59,985 bases of DNA from an uncultured Gammaproteobacteria bacterium (GCA_965365655.1 CBDUCN010000001.1:1-59985), one strand, 5' to 3'. Counted from the first letter of the stretch, positions 18,235 to 27,280 are shown. Numbers and translations are program-made. The notes: generated by a model from the sequence alone, not told the origin.

Positions 18235-19455
18235 TCAGCCAACGGCTCGCGCCCGCTGCTCGAGGGCCCGGCCGACGCGCGCGCGCTGGCGCGGGTTGTG
18301 GACGAGCCAGTCGCTGAACTCGCGTGCCGACATGGGCGGGCTGATGTGCAGGCCCTGGCCCACGTCGCAGCCCAGGCGTCCCAGCCAGCGCAGCGTCTGC
18401 TCGCTCTGGATCCCCTCGGCGACCACCGTCAGTCCCACGCTGCGCGCGAGGTCCAGGCTGGACCGGATCATCGCCGCGGCGTCCTCGCTGCGCTCCGCGC
18501 GCATCGCGAACTTCTTGTCCAGCTTCAGCGTCTCGTAGGGGAACTCGTTGAGCTGGCCCAGCGAGAACGCGCCGCTGCCGAAGTCGTCCAGCGCGAGGCG
18601 GATGCCCTTGAGGCGCAGCCGGCTCAGGGTATCGGTCATGCGCTGGCGGTTCTCGGGCATCGTGGTCTCGGTCACCTCGAGCACCAGGTCCTCCGGCCGC
18701 GCGCCGACGCGCGCGAGCAGCCGGCCGATTCGATCCGGCAGTGTCTGGTCGATCAGCAGCAGCGGGGAGACGTTCACCGCGACCTGGATGCGCGTGCTCG
18801 TGGTCTGCCAGTGCACGAGGTCCTCGAGGGCGCGCTGCAGCACCGCGAACGTGAGCGGCTCGATGAGCCCCGTTCGCTCGGCGACGGGCACGAACTGCTC
18901 GGGCAGCACGATCGCGGCGTTCGAGCGGTGCAGGCGCGCCAGCGCCTCGGCGCACACGACGCCTCCGGTGTTGAGGTTCACCATCGGCTGGTAGCACACC
19001 TCCAGCCGGTCGTCGCGCAGCGCCCGCGCCAGCTCCTCGCCGGTGATGGACTCCGGCGACGCGGCGGGCGCACCGGGCTGGTCGCGGAACGCCTTCAGCC
19101 GCCGGCGCACGTCGGCGACCATCAGCGGCTTGCGGATCGGGTCCAGCATCTGCAGTCCGAGGGACTCGCCCAGGGAGTGCGCGGCGCCGAGCAGGCGCTC
19201 GTCCACGCCGCTGGTCACGACGACGTGGGTGTCGCTGCGCTCGGACGCGATGAAGCGCAGCAGCTCGACGCCGTCGATGTTGCGCATGTTCAGGTCGAGG
19301 AACACGAGAGCCGGCTCGAAGGCGCGGAACGACGACTCGAAGAACTCGGCGTCCAGCACCGAGTGCACCTCGTAACCCACGCTCTCGCATGCCCTTTTGA
19401 GCACGCGGAGAATCCGGCGATCGTCGTCGACCGCGACGATGCGGGTACGTGACAT
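18235..19455 (-). CDS. Response regulator with EAL domain (REC-EAL c-di-GMP phosphodiesterase)
   Basis: REC domain: RIVAVDDDRRILRVL...VFLDLNM. EAL domain: CYQPMV, AEALARL, NVSP, LEVTE, LDDFGSGAFS, LKLDK, VAEGIQ, GQG. Start moved to ATG 19455 (MSRTRIV...). Confidence 0.85.
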   Translation of the reverse strand: MSRTRIVAVDDDRRILRVLKRACESVGYEVHSVLDAEFFESSFRAFEPALVFLDLNMRNIDGVELLRFIASERSDTHVVVTSGVDERLLGAAHSLGESLGLQMLDPIRKPLMVADVRRRLKAFRDQPGAPAASPESITGEELARALRDDRLEVCYQPMVNLNTGGVVCAEALARLHRSNAAIVLPEQFVPVAERTGLIEPLTFAVLQRALEDLVHWQTTSTRIQVAVNVSPLLLIDQTLPDRIGRLLARVGARPEDLVLEVTETTMPENRQRMTDTLSRLRLKGIRLALDDFGSGAFSLGQLNEFPYETLKLDKKFAMRAERSEDAAAMIRSSLDLARSVGLTVVAEGIQSEQTLRWLGRLGCDVGQGLHISPPMSAREFSDWLVHNPRQRARVGRALEQRARAVG

Positions 19456-19594
19456 GGCTGCACCGCTTCTTGTTGTCGAGCGGCGTGCCCCGGGCCGATA
19501 CGTGCCGGATCCGGTGACCGCCGCCGTCATCGCCCGCCGATCCTTGGCGGGCGCGTACAAGGGGAACAATAGGCACGCAAGGTGCCTGCGTCCA

Positions 19595-19633
19595 CTAAAG
19601 AATTGATTCCGTACTGTAAAGAACTGTTAAATC
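19595..19633 (+). promoter_or_regulatory. Second copy of the phased direct-repeat box (CTAAAGAA ... CTGTAAAGAA CTGTTAAATC)
   Basis: Positions 19614-19633 match 11248-11267 at 17 of 20 positions, with the first 14 identical. A third half-site, CTAAAGAA, lies 21 bp upstream. The box sits in the 203-bp gap upstream of the REC-EAL gene. Confidence 0.45.
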
Positions 19634-19658
19634 CGGACCCGCGACCCGTTTTGTTGTG

Positions 19659-20405
19659 TCAAGCTGGGTCATGAAAAACGTTTTGTTCTCGGTTTTCGGA
19701 GCCCGGGGGCAGCGTCAGCGAGACCCGGGTGCCGGTCCCCGGCGCGCTCGTGATGCGAAGCTGCCCGCCGCTGGCGCGGGCGAAGCCGTCGACCACGCTG
19801 AGCCCGATGCCGCGGTGCTGCGCGTCCGGGCGGGTCGTGAAGTAGGGCTCGGTGCACCGCGCCAGCACCTCGGCGCTCATGCCCACGCCGTCGTCGGCGA
19901 CGGTGAGCGAGGGCGCGCCGCCGCCGTCCGTGCCGAGCGCGATGACCAGCGTGCCGCCGTCGGGCATCGCGTCGCGGGCGTTGGCGGCGAGCTCCATCAG
20001 CGCGTGCTGCAGCCGGACCGGGTCCACGCTCGCGATCGGCGTCGGCCCCGGGGCCGAGAGCGACACCGTGATCGCGCCGGGCAGGGCGCGCTCCAGCATC
20101 GGCGCCATGTCCCGCGCGAGCTGCTCGAGGTCGGTGGGCCGGGGGTTCAGCGCCTGCCGGCCGGCCCACGCGGTGAGCTGGGCGATGACGTCGGCCGCTT
20201 CGCGTGTCGCGGACACGACGTCGTCGTAGACCTCGTCCAGATCGGTGCCCCACGCCGACGCCGGAATCTCCTCGCGCAGCAGGCTCAGTCCGCCGAGGAT
20301 GATGCTGAACAGGTTGTTGAAGTCATGGCCCATGCGCCGCACCAGGAGCGGGGCGCTCATGGACTCGGGCGGGGGCTGCGGCGGGATCGCGTCTTCTGGG
20401 CTCAT
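19659..20405 (-). CDS. Cytoplasmic histidine kinase lacking an obvious sensor domain
   Basis: H-box VRRMGHDFNNLFSIILGG, N-box ELAANARDAM, G1 DDGVGM, G2 GIGLSVV. Start moved to ATG 20405 (MSPEDAI...), giving about 248 aa consisting essentially of DHp plus CA domains. Confidence 0.75.
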   Translation of the reverse strand: MSPEDAIPPQPPPESMSAPLLVRRMGHDFNNLFSIILGGLSLLREEIPASAWGTDLDEVYDDVVSATREAADVIAQLTAWAGRQALNPRPTDLEQLARDMAPMLERALPGAITVSLSAPGPTPIASVDPVRLQHALMELAANARDAMPDGGTLVIALGTDGGGAPSLTVADDGVGMSAEVLARCTEPYFTTRPDAQHRGIGLSVVDGFARASGGQLRITSAPGTGTRVSLTLPPGSENREQNVFHDPA

Positions 20406-20583
20406 GACCGGGAGCAACCTGGGACGGGGAGAAGCAACGGCGTCGAAGGCTATACTAGCGAAATGTCTGGCGAAGTTATCCGGTCCCGACCGCGCCGTGG
20501 TCCCACCTCCTCGCCGGGCAGCGCTCTGCCGTGCGGCGGCGACGGCGCGACAGCGCGCCGGTAGGCGAGCACGGATCGGCACC

Positions 20584-21306
20584 ATGTCCGCGCCGCCCGG
20601 GATTCTCATCGTCGATGACGATCCGCGGCTGCGCCGGTTGCTCGCGCGCTTCCTTCTGCGCGAGGGCTACCAGGTGCGCGAGGCCGCGAACGCGGACGAG
20701 ATGCGCCGCGCGCTGACGCTGCGCGGAGCCGACCTGATCGTGCTCGACCTGATGCTGCCCGGCGAGGACGGGCTGAGCCTCGCGCGCGAGCTGCGCGCGA
20801 CCTCCGACGTGCCGATCGTGATGCTCACCGGCAAGGGCAGCACGGTGGACAAGGTCGTGGGTCTCGAGGTGGGCGCGGACGACTACATCACGAAGCCCTT
20901 CGACGAGCGGGAGCTGCTGGCGCGGATCCGCACGGTGCTGCGCCGTACCGGCAACCGCCTCGCGTCGGCGCCGGAGTCGCCGGAGCGGCGCATGGCGCGC
21001 TTCGAGGGCTTCTCGGTGGACATGGTCGCGCACGAGGTGGTGGCTCCGGACGGCCGCCACGTCGAGTTCACCGGCAACGAGTTCCAGCTCCTCGCGTCGC
21101 TGATCGTGCGCCCGCAACGCGCGCTGTCGCGCCAGGAGATCCTGGAGCTGGTGTTCCGCCGCGAGTGGTCGCCCAGCGACCGCAGCATCGACGTGCTGGT
21201 CGCGAAGCTCAGGCGCAAGCTCGGCGACGATCCCCGCCACCCCCACATGATCAAGACCGTGCGCGGGGTCGGCTACAAGTTCACCGCCTCGGTGGAGTTC
21301 AGCTGA
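20584..21306 (+). CDS. OmpR/PhoB-family response regulator (REC + winged helix)
   Basis: ILIVDDDPRLRRLL, IVLDLMLPGEDG, and C-terminal VLVAKLRRKLGDDPRHPHMIKTVRGVGYKF. Start at ATG 20584. The track ORF (20245) carries an implausible extension. Confidence 0.9.
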   Translation: MSAPPGILIVDDDPRLRRLLARFLLREGYQVREAANADEMRRALTLRGADLIVLDLMLPGEDGLSLARELRATSDVPIVMLTGKGSTVDKVVGLEVGADDYITKPFDERELLARIRTVLRRTGNRLASAPESPERRMARFEGFSVDMVAHEVVAPDGRHVEFTGNEFQLLASLIVRPQRALSRQEILELVFRREWSPSDRSIDVLVAKLRRKLGDDPRHPHMIKTVRGVGYKFTASVEFS

Positions 21307-21436
21307 CGCAGGCCCCGTCACCGCGCCGGGGCGGCGCGCGGTGTCGCGACCCGCGCGCGGGGCGGCGCGTTGGGCGCACGGCGCCCGCTCCCGTATACTT
21401 CCGTCCCCGGCCGCCGACGGCCGGGGACTGCCCTCC

Positions 21437-21527
21437 GGAGAGGTACCGAAGCGGTCATAACGGCACCGACTCGAAATCGGTTGGTCCTTAACTGGGCACG
21501 TGGGTTCGAATCCCACCCTCTCCGCCA
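21437..21527 (+). tRNA. tRNA-Ser (anticodon CGA), CCA encoded
   Basis: Manual fold: acceptor GGAGAGG/CCTCTCC, anticodon stem ACCGA/TCGGT, loop CTCGAAA (CGA at 21472-21474), long variable arm, T-arm GGGTTCGAATCCC, discriminator G plus CCA. Confidence 0.9.
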
Positions 21528-21779
21528 TCCTCCTCATTCTCCCGTGCGCCCCGGCGCGTGCGCGTCGCCGCCCGTTCGCGTCCTGCGAACCGGCCCCGGT
21601 CGGTTCGCGCCGGCGCGGAGTACGATCCGCCAGGCGGCCGAGGAGCTCGCCATGGCGACCATCTTTCTCTCCCACCGGCGAAGCCACCGTCCCAGTGACG
21701 AGCTCCGCGATGCTGAACCGCCACGGCCCCGACCCGGCACAGCGGCGCGGGCGCTGAGCCGGGTGCCGCGAGCGGTGCG

Positions 21780-22154
21780 ATGATTCCCACCGTCGCTACG
21801 GGTGTCGGCGTGTTCATCGCGGTGCTCGGGCTCCTCGGCTGTGTGCGGCCGCGCACCCTCATGGACCTCGTCGAGAGCGTCTGGCGCCCGCCGTGGGGCC
21901 CGTGGGCAGTCGCCGCGGCGCGCCTGCTGATCGGCAGTGTGCTGCTGCTCGCCGCGCCGGGCTCGCGTTTCCCGACGACCGTCGGCGTCTTCGCCTGCCT
22001 CGCAATCATCGGCGGGCTCGCCGTACCGACCATGAGCCGGGAACGCCGCCTCGCCATTCTCGGCTGGTGGCGGCGCCGGCACGCCACTTTCCTGCGCGCG
22101 TGGTCGGTAGCGGCGCTCGCCTGCGGCGCGTTCGTCGTCTACGCGTGCGGCTGA
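21780..22154 (+). CDS. Hypothetical small membrane protein
   Basis: 124-aa ORF with 3-4 hydrophobic segments (GVGVFIAVLGLLG, LLIGSVLLLAAPG, VGVFACLAIIGGLAV, WSVAALACGAFVVYA). No family recognised. Confidence 0.45.
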   Translation: MIPTVATGVGVFIAVLGLLGCVRPRTLMDLVESVWRPPWGPWAVAAARLLIGSVLLLAAPGSRFPTTVGVFACLAIIGGLAVPTMSRERRLAILGWWRRRHATFLRAWSVAALACGAFVVYACG

Positions 22155-22501
22155 GCCCGTGAACCTCTTGTCAGGATCCCACCACCGTCCGCTGGGGGGA
22201 TGCCTGCGCCGCCGTGTCGGACCTCCCGGTCTGCCGTGCACCGATGCCATGGCGCAGGACGCGCGGTCGGCGCCGGGCGCTGATCCGCGTCACAGAGAGG
22301 TCCTGGCCGAGGTCCCGGACGCGCTCCGGCACGGCCCGTCCGGTGCGGGTCGCGGGCAGCCTGAATCCGGCGCACAGATGCACCCCACCGCCTCGCGCAG
22401 GCGGACGCTCGATGCCCGAGCCGAGCCGTGGCCCGCCTCCCGGGCGAAGCACCGTCGCCCCGCGCCGGTGCGCTCGTGTTCTATTCCCCCGGGATCGGCG
22501 C

Positions 22502-22711
22502 TCAGCTGTCGAGCTTCACGGGATTGTGACGCTCGAGGATCTCGACGACCTCGCGCTCCGAGGCGTCCGGTGTCATCACCTGCACCTGACGCTTGTCCTC
22601 ACTGACCCGGATCTTCTCGGTCGGGATACCGGTCGATACCAGGTCGTCGTATACGTTCGTCAACGTGTCCGTGGATGCGTAAACGGCAGTCACGATTTCT
22701 GTCATGGCCAA
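22502..22711 (-). CDS. Hypothetical small acidic protein (69 aa)
   Basis: Balanced, non-shadow composition (MAMTEIVTAVYASTDTLTNVYDDLVSTGIPTEKIRVSEDKRQVQV...). AGAGGA RBS lies 7 nt upstream of the ATG. Locally lower G+C. Confidence 0.55.
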   Translation of the reverse strand: MAMTEIVTAVYASTDTLTNVYDDLVSTGIPTEKIRVSEDKRQVQVMTPDASEREVVEILERHNPVKLDS

Positions 22712-23280
22712 GTCCTCTGTTCACCCGGTCGTGCGTTCGACCCACGGAAACGCTAGCAGGCAATGCCGTCGGCCAAAGTGGCCCAGATCAAGCTCGCGTG
22801 CGCTCGTGGCGCTCCGGGCCGACTTCACCGTGCGGGGAGCGATGCCGCCCGGTCGAGGCGGCCCCGCGAGCGGGTGTCTCCTGCTTGCGGGGGCCGCGCT
22901 GTCTCGGACAGCCTCATCCGCACCGTCGCACGAGCCAGAACGCGGTCCCCGCTCGCCGGCAACGCCTCGCACGGTGACCGACCCGGGTCGACAAGGCGGT
23001 CGGCACCGCTCGCCAGGCGTCATAATCCCGAGGTTCCCGGCACTTCAGGCCCGGTTCGTGACATGCGCATTCGAGGATTGCCGTCAGTTGCGCCATGCGA
23101 TCACCCGCGGTGACCGTCGCTGGCCAGCGTCGTGAGCATGGCCCTGGGGGCGGCGCGCGGTGAGTCCTGATCCAGGTCACGAGCGCAGGCCGAGGTTGGG
23201 AGACGATCACGCTGCTGCGCGGGAGCCGTGGTGGGGTATCCGGCACGTACGCCGGGAGCGACCTGGATAAGGAGATCTGG

Positions 23281-25968
23281 ATGACCGTCCGCAACCTCGA
23301 GTACCTGTTCAAGCCGCGCTCGGTCGCGGTGATCGGTGCGAGCAACCGCGCGCACAGCGTCGGCGCGGCGGTGATGCGCAACCTGCTCGCGGGCGGCTTC
23401 CAGGGACCGGTGATGCCGGTGAACCCGAAGCACGAGGCGGTGGCGGGGGTGCTCGCGTATCCGAACGTGGGCGCGCTGCCGCTGGCGCCGGAGCTCGCGG
23501 TGGTGTGCACGCCGGCGCCGACGGTGCCCGGGCTGATCACGGAGCTCGCCGGGCGCGGCACGCGCGCGGCGGTCGTGCTGAGCGCGGGGCTGTCTGCGGC
23601 GACCACGGATGACGGGCGCACGCTGCAGCAGGCGATGCTGGACGCCGCGCGCCCGCACCTGCTGCGCATCCTGGGCCCGAACTGCATCGGGCTGCTGGTC
23701 CCGGGCGTCGGGCTCAACGCGAGCTTCGCGCACATCGACGCGCTGCCCGGGCGCCTCGCGCTGGTCCACCAGTCCGGGGCGCTGTGCACCGCGCTGCTGG
23801 ACTGGGCGCGCGGGCGCGGGGTCGGCTTCTCGCACGTGGTCACGGTCGGCGACAGCGCCGACGTGGACTTCGGCGACGTGCTGGACTACCTGGGGGCGGA
23901 CCCGGCGGCGCGCGCGATCCTGCTCTACGTGGAGTCGGTGCGCCACGCGCGCAAGTTCATGTCCGCCGCGCGCGCCGCGGCGCGCAACAAGCCGGTGGTG
24001 GTGATCAAGGCCGGTCGGGTCGCGGAGGGCGCGCGCGCCGCGGCCTCGCACACCGGCGCGCTGGCCGGCAGCGACGACGTCTACGACAGCGCGTTCAAGC
24101 GCGCCGGCATGCTGCGGGTGTACGACACCGACGAGATGTTCGACGCGGTGGAGACGCTCTCTCACGCCCGGCCCGCGGAGGGCGAGCGCCTCGCGATCCT
24201 GACCAACGGCGGCGGGCCGGGCGTCATCGCGACCGACGCGCTGGTGCTCGGCGGCGGCCAGCTCGCCGAGTTCTCGCAGGACACGCTGTCGAAGCTGGAC
24301 GCGTTCCTGCCCGCGACGTGGTCGCGCGGCAACCCGGCGGACGTGATCGGCGACGCCGGCGGCGAGCGCTACGCGAAGGCGCTGGAGGTGCTGCTGGACG
24401 CACCGGAGGTGGACTCGGTGCTGGTGCTGCACGCGCCCACCGCGGTGGTCTCCAGCCTGGACGTCGCGGAGGGGGTGGTGCGCATCGCGCAGGCACGCAA
24501 GGCGCAGGCCCGGCTGCTCGCGTGCTGGCTCGGCGGAGACGGCGTGCAGGAGGCGAGGCGCCGCCTGTATGCGGCCGGCATCCCCGGCTACGAGACGCCG
24601 GACAGCGCGGTGCGCGGATACATGCACCGCGTGCGCTACCGGCGCAACCGGGTGCTGCTGATGGAGACGCCGCCGGCCGCGCCGGAGCGCTTCCAGCCGG
24701 CGGCCGAGGCGGTGCGTCTGGTGATCGATCGCGCGCTCGCCGAGGGGCGCGAGATGCTGAGCGAGCCGGAGGCCAAGGCGGTGCTGTCGGCGTACGGCAT
24801 TCCGGTGGTGGAGACGCGCATCGCGGGCACGCCGGACGATGCGGCGGACGAGGCGGAGGCGATCGGATTCCCCGCGGCGCTGAAGATCCTTTCCGCGGAC
24901 ATCAGCCACAAGTCCGACGTCGGCGGCGTGGTGCTGGACCTCGAGAGCGCCGGGGCGGTGCGCCACGCGGCCGAGCGGATGCTCGAGCGGGTGCGTGCGC
25001 TGAAGCCCGACGCGAAGGTGCAGGGCTTCACCGTTCAGCCGATGGCGCGCCGCGCGGGCGCGTTCGAGCTGATCGCCGGCATGAGCACCGACCCCGTGTT
25101 CGGGCCGGTGCTGCTGTTCGGCGAGGGCGGCACCGCGGTGGAGGTGGTCGCCGACAGCGCGGTCGCGCTGCCGCCGCTGAACGTCAAGCTCGCGCACGAG
25201 CTGATCGGCGAGACACGCATCTGGCGCCGCCTGCGCGGCTACCGCGACCGTGCGGCCGTGGACCTCGACGCGCTGACCACGGTGCTGCTGCGCATCTCGC
25301 AGCTGGTCGTGGAATGCCCGGAGGTCGTGGAGCTGGACGTGAATCCGCTGCTCGTGGACGCGGACGGCGTGCTGGGCCTGGACGCGCGCATGCGCGTGCA
25401 GCGCGCGAGTGGTGCGGCGCGCGACCGCCTGGCCATCCGGCCGTATCCCGAGCGTCTCGAGCAGGTGCTGCACGTCGGCGGCCGTCGCATGCTGCTGCGT
25501 CCGATTCGCCCGGAGGACGAGCCGCAGCACAAGGCCTTCCTGGACGCGCTGTCGCCGCAGGACGTGCGCTTCCGATTCTTCGGCCAGGTGCGCGAGTTCC
25601 CGCACTCGCAGCTCGCGCGCTTCACCCAGATCGACTACGACCGCGAGATGGCCTTCATCCTGACCGAGACGACCCCCGACGGGCCGCGCACGCTGGGCGT
25701 GGTGCGCGCGGTGTCGGACCCGGACGGGCAGCGTGCCGAGTTCGCCATCGTCATCGACGCGTCGCTGAAGGGGCAGGGCCTGGGGCGCGCGATGCTCGAG
25801 AAGATGATCACGTACTGCCGAGAGCGCGGGGTGGGCCAGCTCGTCGGCGAGGTGCTGGCCGAGAACGAGGCGATGCTGGGGCTCGCGAAGCGCCTCGGCT
25901 TCCGGCAGAAGCGCATCGAAGGCGGCGTCGTCGCGGTGACCCTGGCACTGCAGGCCGACGAGGGGTGA
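23281..25968 (+). CDS. Bifunctional ADP-forming acyl-CoA synthetase-like / GNAT acetyltransferase (Pat/YfiQ-like protein lysine acetyltransferase)
   Basis: 895 aa. N-terminal CoA-binding region FKPRSVAVIGAS, then succinyl-CoA-synthetase-like and ATP-grasp regions, and a C-terminal GNAT (LKGQGLGRAMLEKMITYCRERG). AAGGAG RBS. Confidence 0.9.
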   Translation: MTVRNLEYLFKPRSVAVIGASNRAHSVGAAVMRNLLAGGFQGPVMPVNPKHEAVAGVLAYPNVGALPLAPELAVVCTPAPTVPGLITELAGRGTRAAVVLSAGLSAATTDDGRTLQQAMLDAARPHLLRILGPNCIGLLVPGVGLNASFAHIDALPGRLALVHQSGALCTALLDWARGRGVGFSHVVTVGDSADVDFGDVLDYLGADPAARAILLYVESVRHARKFMSAARAAARNKPVVVIKAGRVAEGARAAASHTGALAGSDDVYDSAFKRAGMLRVYDTDEMFDAVETLSHARPAEGERLAILTNGGGPGVIATDALVLGGGQLAEFSQDTLSKLDAFLPATWSRGNPADVIGDAGGERYAKALEVLLDAPEVDSVLVLHAPTAVVSSLDVAEGVVRIAQARKAQARLLACWLGGDGVQEARRRLYAAGIPGYETPDSAVRGYMHRVRYRRNRVLLMETPPAAPERFQPAAEAVRLVIDRALAEGREMLSEPEAKAVLSAYGIPVVETRIAGTPDDAADEAEAIGFPAALKILSADISHKSDVGGVVLDLESAGAVRHAAERMLERVRALKPDAKVQGFTVQPMARRAGAFELIAGMSTDPVFGPVLLFGEGGTAVEVVADSAVALPPLNVKLAHELIGETRIWRRLRGYRDRAAVDLDALTTVLLRISQLVVECPEVVELDVNPLLVDADGVLGLDARMRVQRASGAARDRLAIRPYPERLEQVLHVGGRRMLLRPIRPEDEPQHKAFLDALSPQDVRFRFFGQVREFPHSQLARFTQIDYDREMAFILTETTPDGPRTLGVVRAVSDPDGQRAEFAIVIDASLKGQGLGRAMLEKMITYCRERGVGQLVGEVLAENEAMLGLAKRLGFRQKRIEGGVVAVTLALQADEG

Positions 25969-25975
25969 GGCCCCG

Positions 25976-27280
25976 CTACCAGTAGCGCATCGCGTCTGCG
26001 TAGAGCGCCTCGAGATCGCCGATCGCGACCGGCAGCGGCGCGATGGACAGCAGACGCTGCTGCGCGAACGCGCCCTTCGCGAGCCCCGGAATGTCGGCCG
26101 CGCCGTAGCCGAGGTCCGAGAGTCCGTTCGGAATGCCCGTCTCGCGCATCATCGCGGCCATCGTGTCCGCGAGCAGGGCGCCGGCGTTGTTCGGCGCCAC
26201 GCCGCCGGTGTCCGCGCCGAGCGCAGCGGCCGCCGTGAGGTGGCGCTCCGGCGCCGCGGGGCCGGTGAAGCGGAACGCGGCCGGCGCGTTGACCACCACC
26301 GAGATGCCGTGCGGGCACAGCGCGTGGTCCTGTGGCCAGCCCTCGGGGCGGTAGTCGCGGATCATGCCGGCGACCGAGTAGCTCATCGCGTGCGGCACGT
26401 GCACGCCGGCGTTGCCGAAGCTCATGCCGGCCATCGTGGCGGCATACATCATCGCGATTCGGGCCTGTCGATCGCCGGGGTCGCGCACCGCGCGCACCAG
26501 GAACTCGCCGCCGAGGCGGATCGCCTCCAGGCTGCCGAGATCGCTGTGCGGGTTCGCGCCCTGGTACGGCGGACGCAGCGCCGGGTCCTCCGCCTTCGCG
26601 CGCCGCGTGTACGGCACGGCCGTGAAGCTCTCGATGGCGTGGGTCAGCACGTCGAAGCCGGTCGCGGCCGTGACCAGCGGCGGCAGCGTGTAGGTGAACT
26701 CCGGGTCGATGATCCCGAGGCTGGGCTTCAGGTGCTTCGACGAGATCCCGGTCTTGACCTGCTTCTCGAGATAGTCGAACACGGCCACGCCGGTGGACTC
26801 GCTGCCGGTGCCGGCGGTGGTGGGGCACGCGATGTGGGGCAGGACAGGCCCGGGTACCGCGCGCCCCTCGCCGATCGGCTTGTTCACGTATGCGGCAAGC
26901 TCCGCGGGGTGCGTCGCGTACAGGTTGGCCGCCTTCGCGGTGTCGATCACCGAGCCGCCGCCGATGCTGATCACGCCGTCGACGCCGGCCTCGCGCACGA
27001 AACGCGCGGCGTCGGCGAACGACGCGTCGGTGGGTTCGACGAGCGTGTCGCCGTACGTGATCACCTCCACGCCGGCCGCGCGCAGCGCGTCCAGCGCGCG
27101 GCCGGTCGGCGCCAGGCCGGCGACGGCGGCATCGGTGAACAGTGCGGCGCGCGACATGCCTAGCGCACGCGCGTCGCCGCCGATCTCGGCCACCGCGCCG
27201 GGGCCGAACTTGATCGGGCGGGGGTCCACCGTGAACACGGTCTCGCCGCCTTCGGTGGGCGTGTAGTAGTCGGTGAACAT
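25976..27280 (-). CDS. Iron-containing alcohol dehydrogenase family protein (hydroxyacid-oxoacid transhydrogenase-like)
   Basis: 434 aa with SIGGGSVIDTAKAANL, a metal-binding His cluster (THAIES, GVHVPHAMSY) and a long N-terminus typical of the HOT/ADHFE1-like subgroup. Confidence 0.85.
   Translation of the reverse strand: MFTDYYTPTEGGETVFTVDPRPIKFGPGAVAEIGGDARALGMSRAALFTDAAVAGLAPTGRALDALRAAGVEVITYGDTLVEPTDASFADAARFVREAGVDGVISIGGGSVIDTAKAANLYATHPAELAAYVNKPIGEGRAVPGPVLPHIACPTTAGTGSESTGVAVFDYLEKQVKTGISSKHLKPSLGIIDPEFTYTLPPLVTAATGFDVLTHAIESFTAVPYTRRAKAEDPALRPPYQGANPHSDLGSLEAIRLGGEFLVRAVRDPGDRQARIAMMYAATMAGMSFGNAGVHVPHAMSYSVAGMIRDYRPEGWPQDHALCPHGISVVVNAPAAFRFTGPAAPERHLTAAAALGADTGGVAPNNAGALLADTMAAMMRETGIPNGLSDLGYGAADIPGLAKGAFAQQRLLSIAPLPVAIGDLEALYADAMRYW

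Noticed and set aside
20245-20583. 113-codon upstream extension of the response-regulator ORF, overlapping the divergent kinase gene.
   Set aside because: The receiver domain begins immediately after ATG 20584. The extension has a shadow-type composition.
21370-21399. Candidate promoter TTGGGC-18-TATACT upstream of tRNA-Ser.
   Set aside because: The -35 is poor and the spacing non-optimal. It is plausible but not supportable as a feature without transcript data.
21437-23280. Genomic island or prophage integrated at tRNA-Ser.
   Set aside because: I found no integrase, recombinase or transposase ORF and no direct repeat of the tRNA 3' end in the window. I kept only the weaker observation of low coding density.
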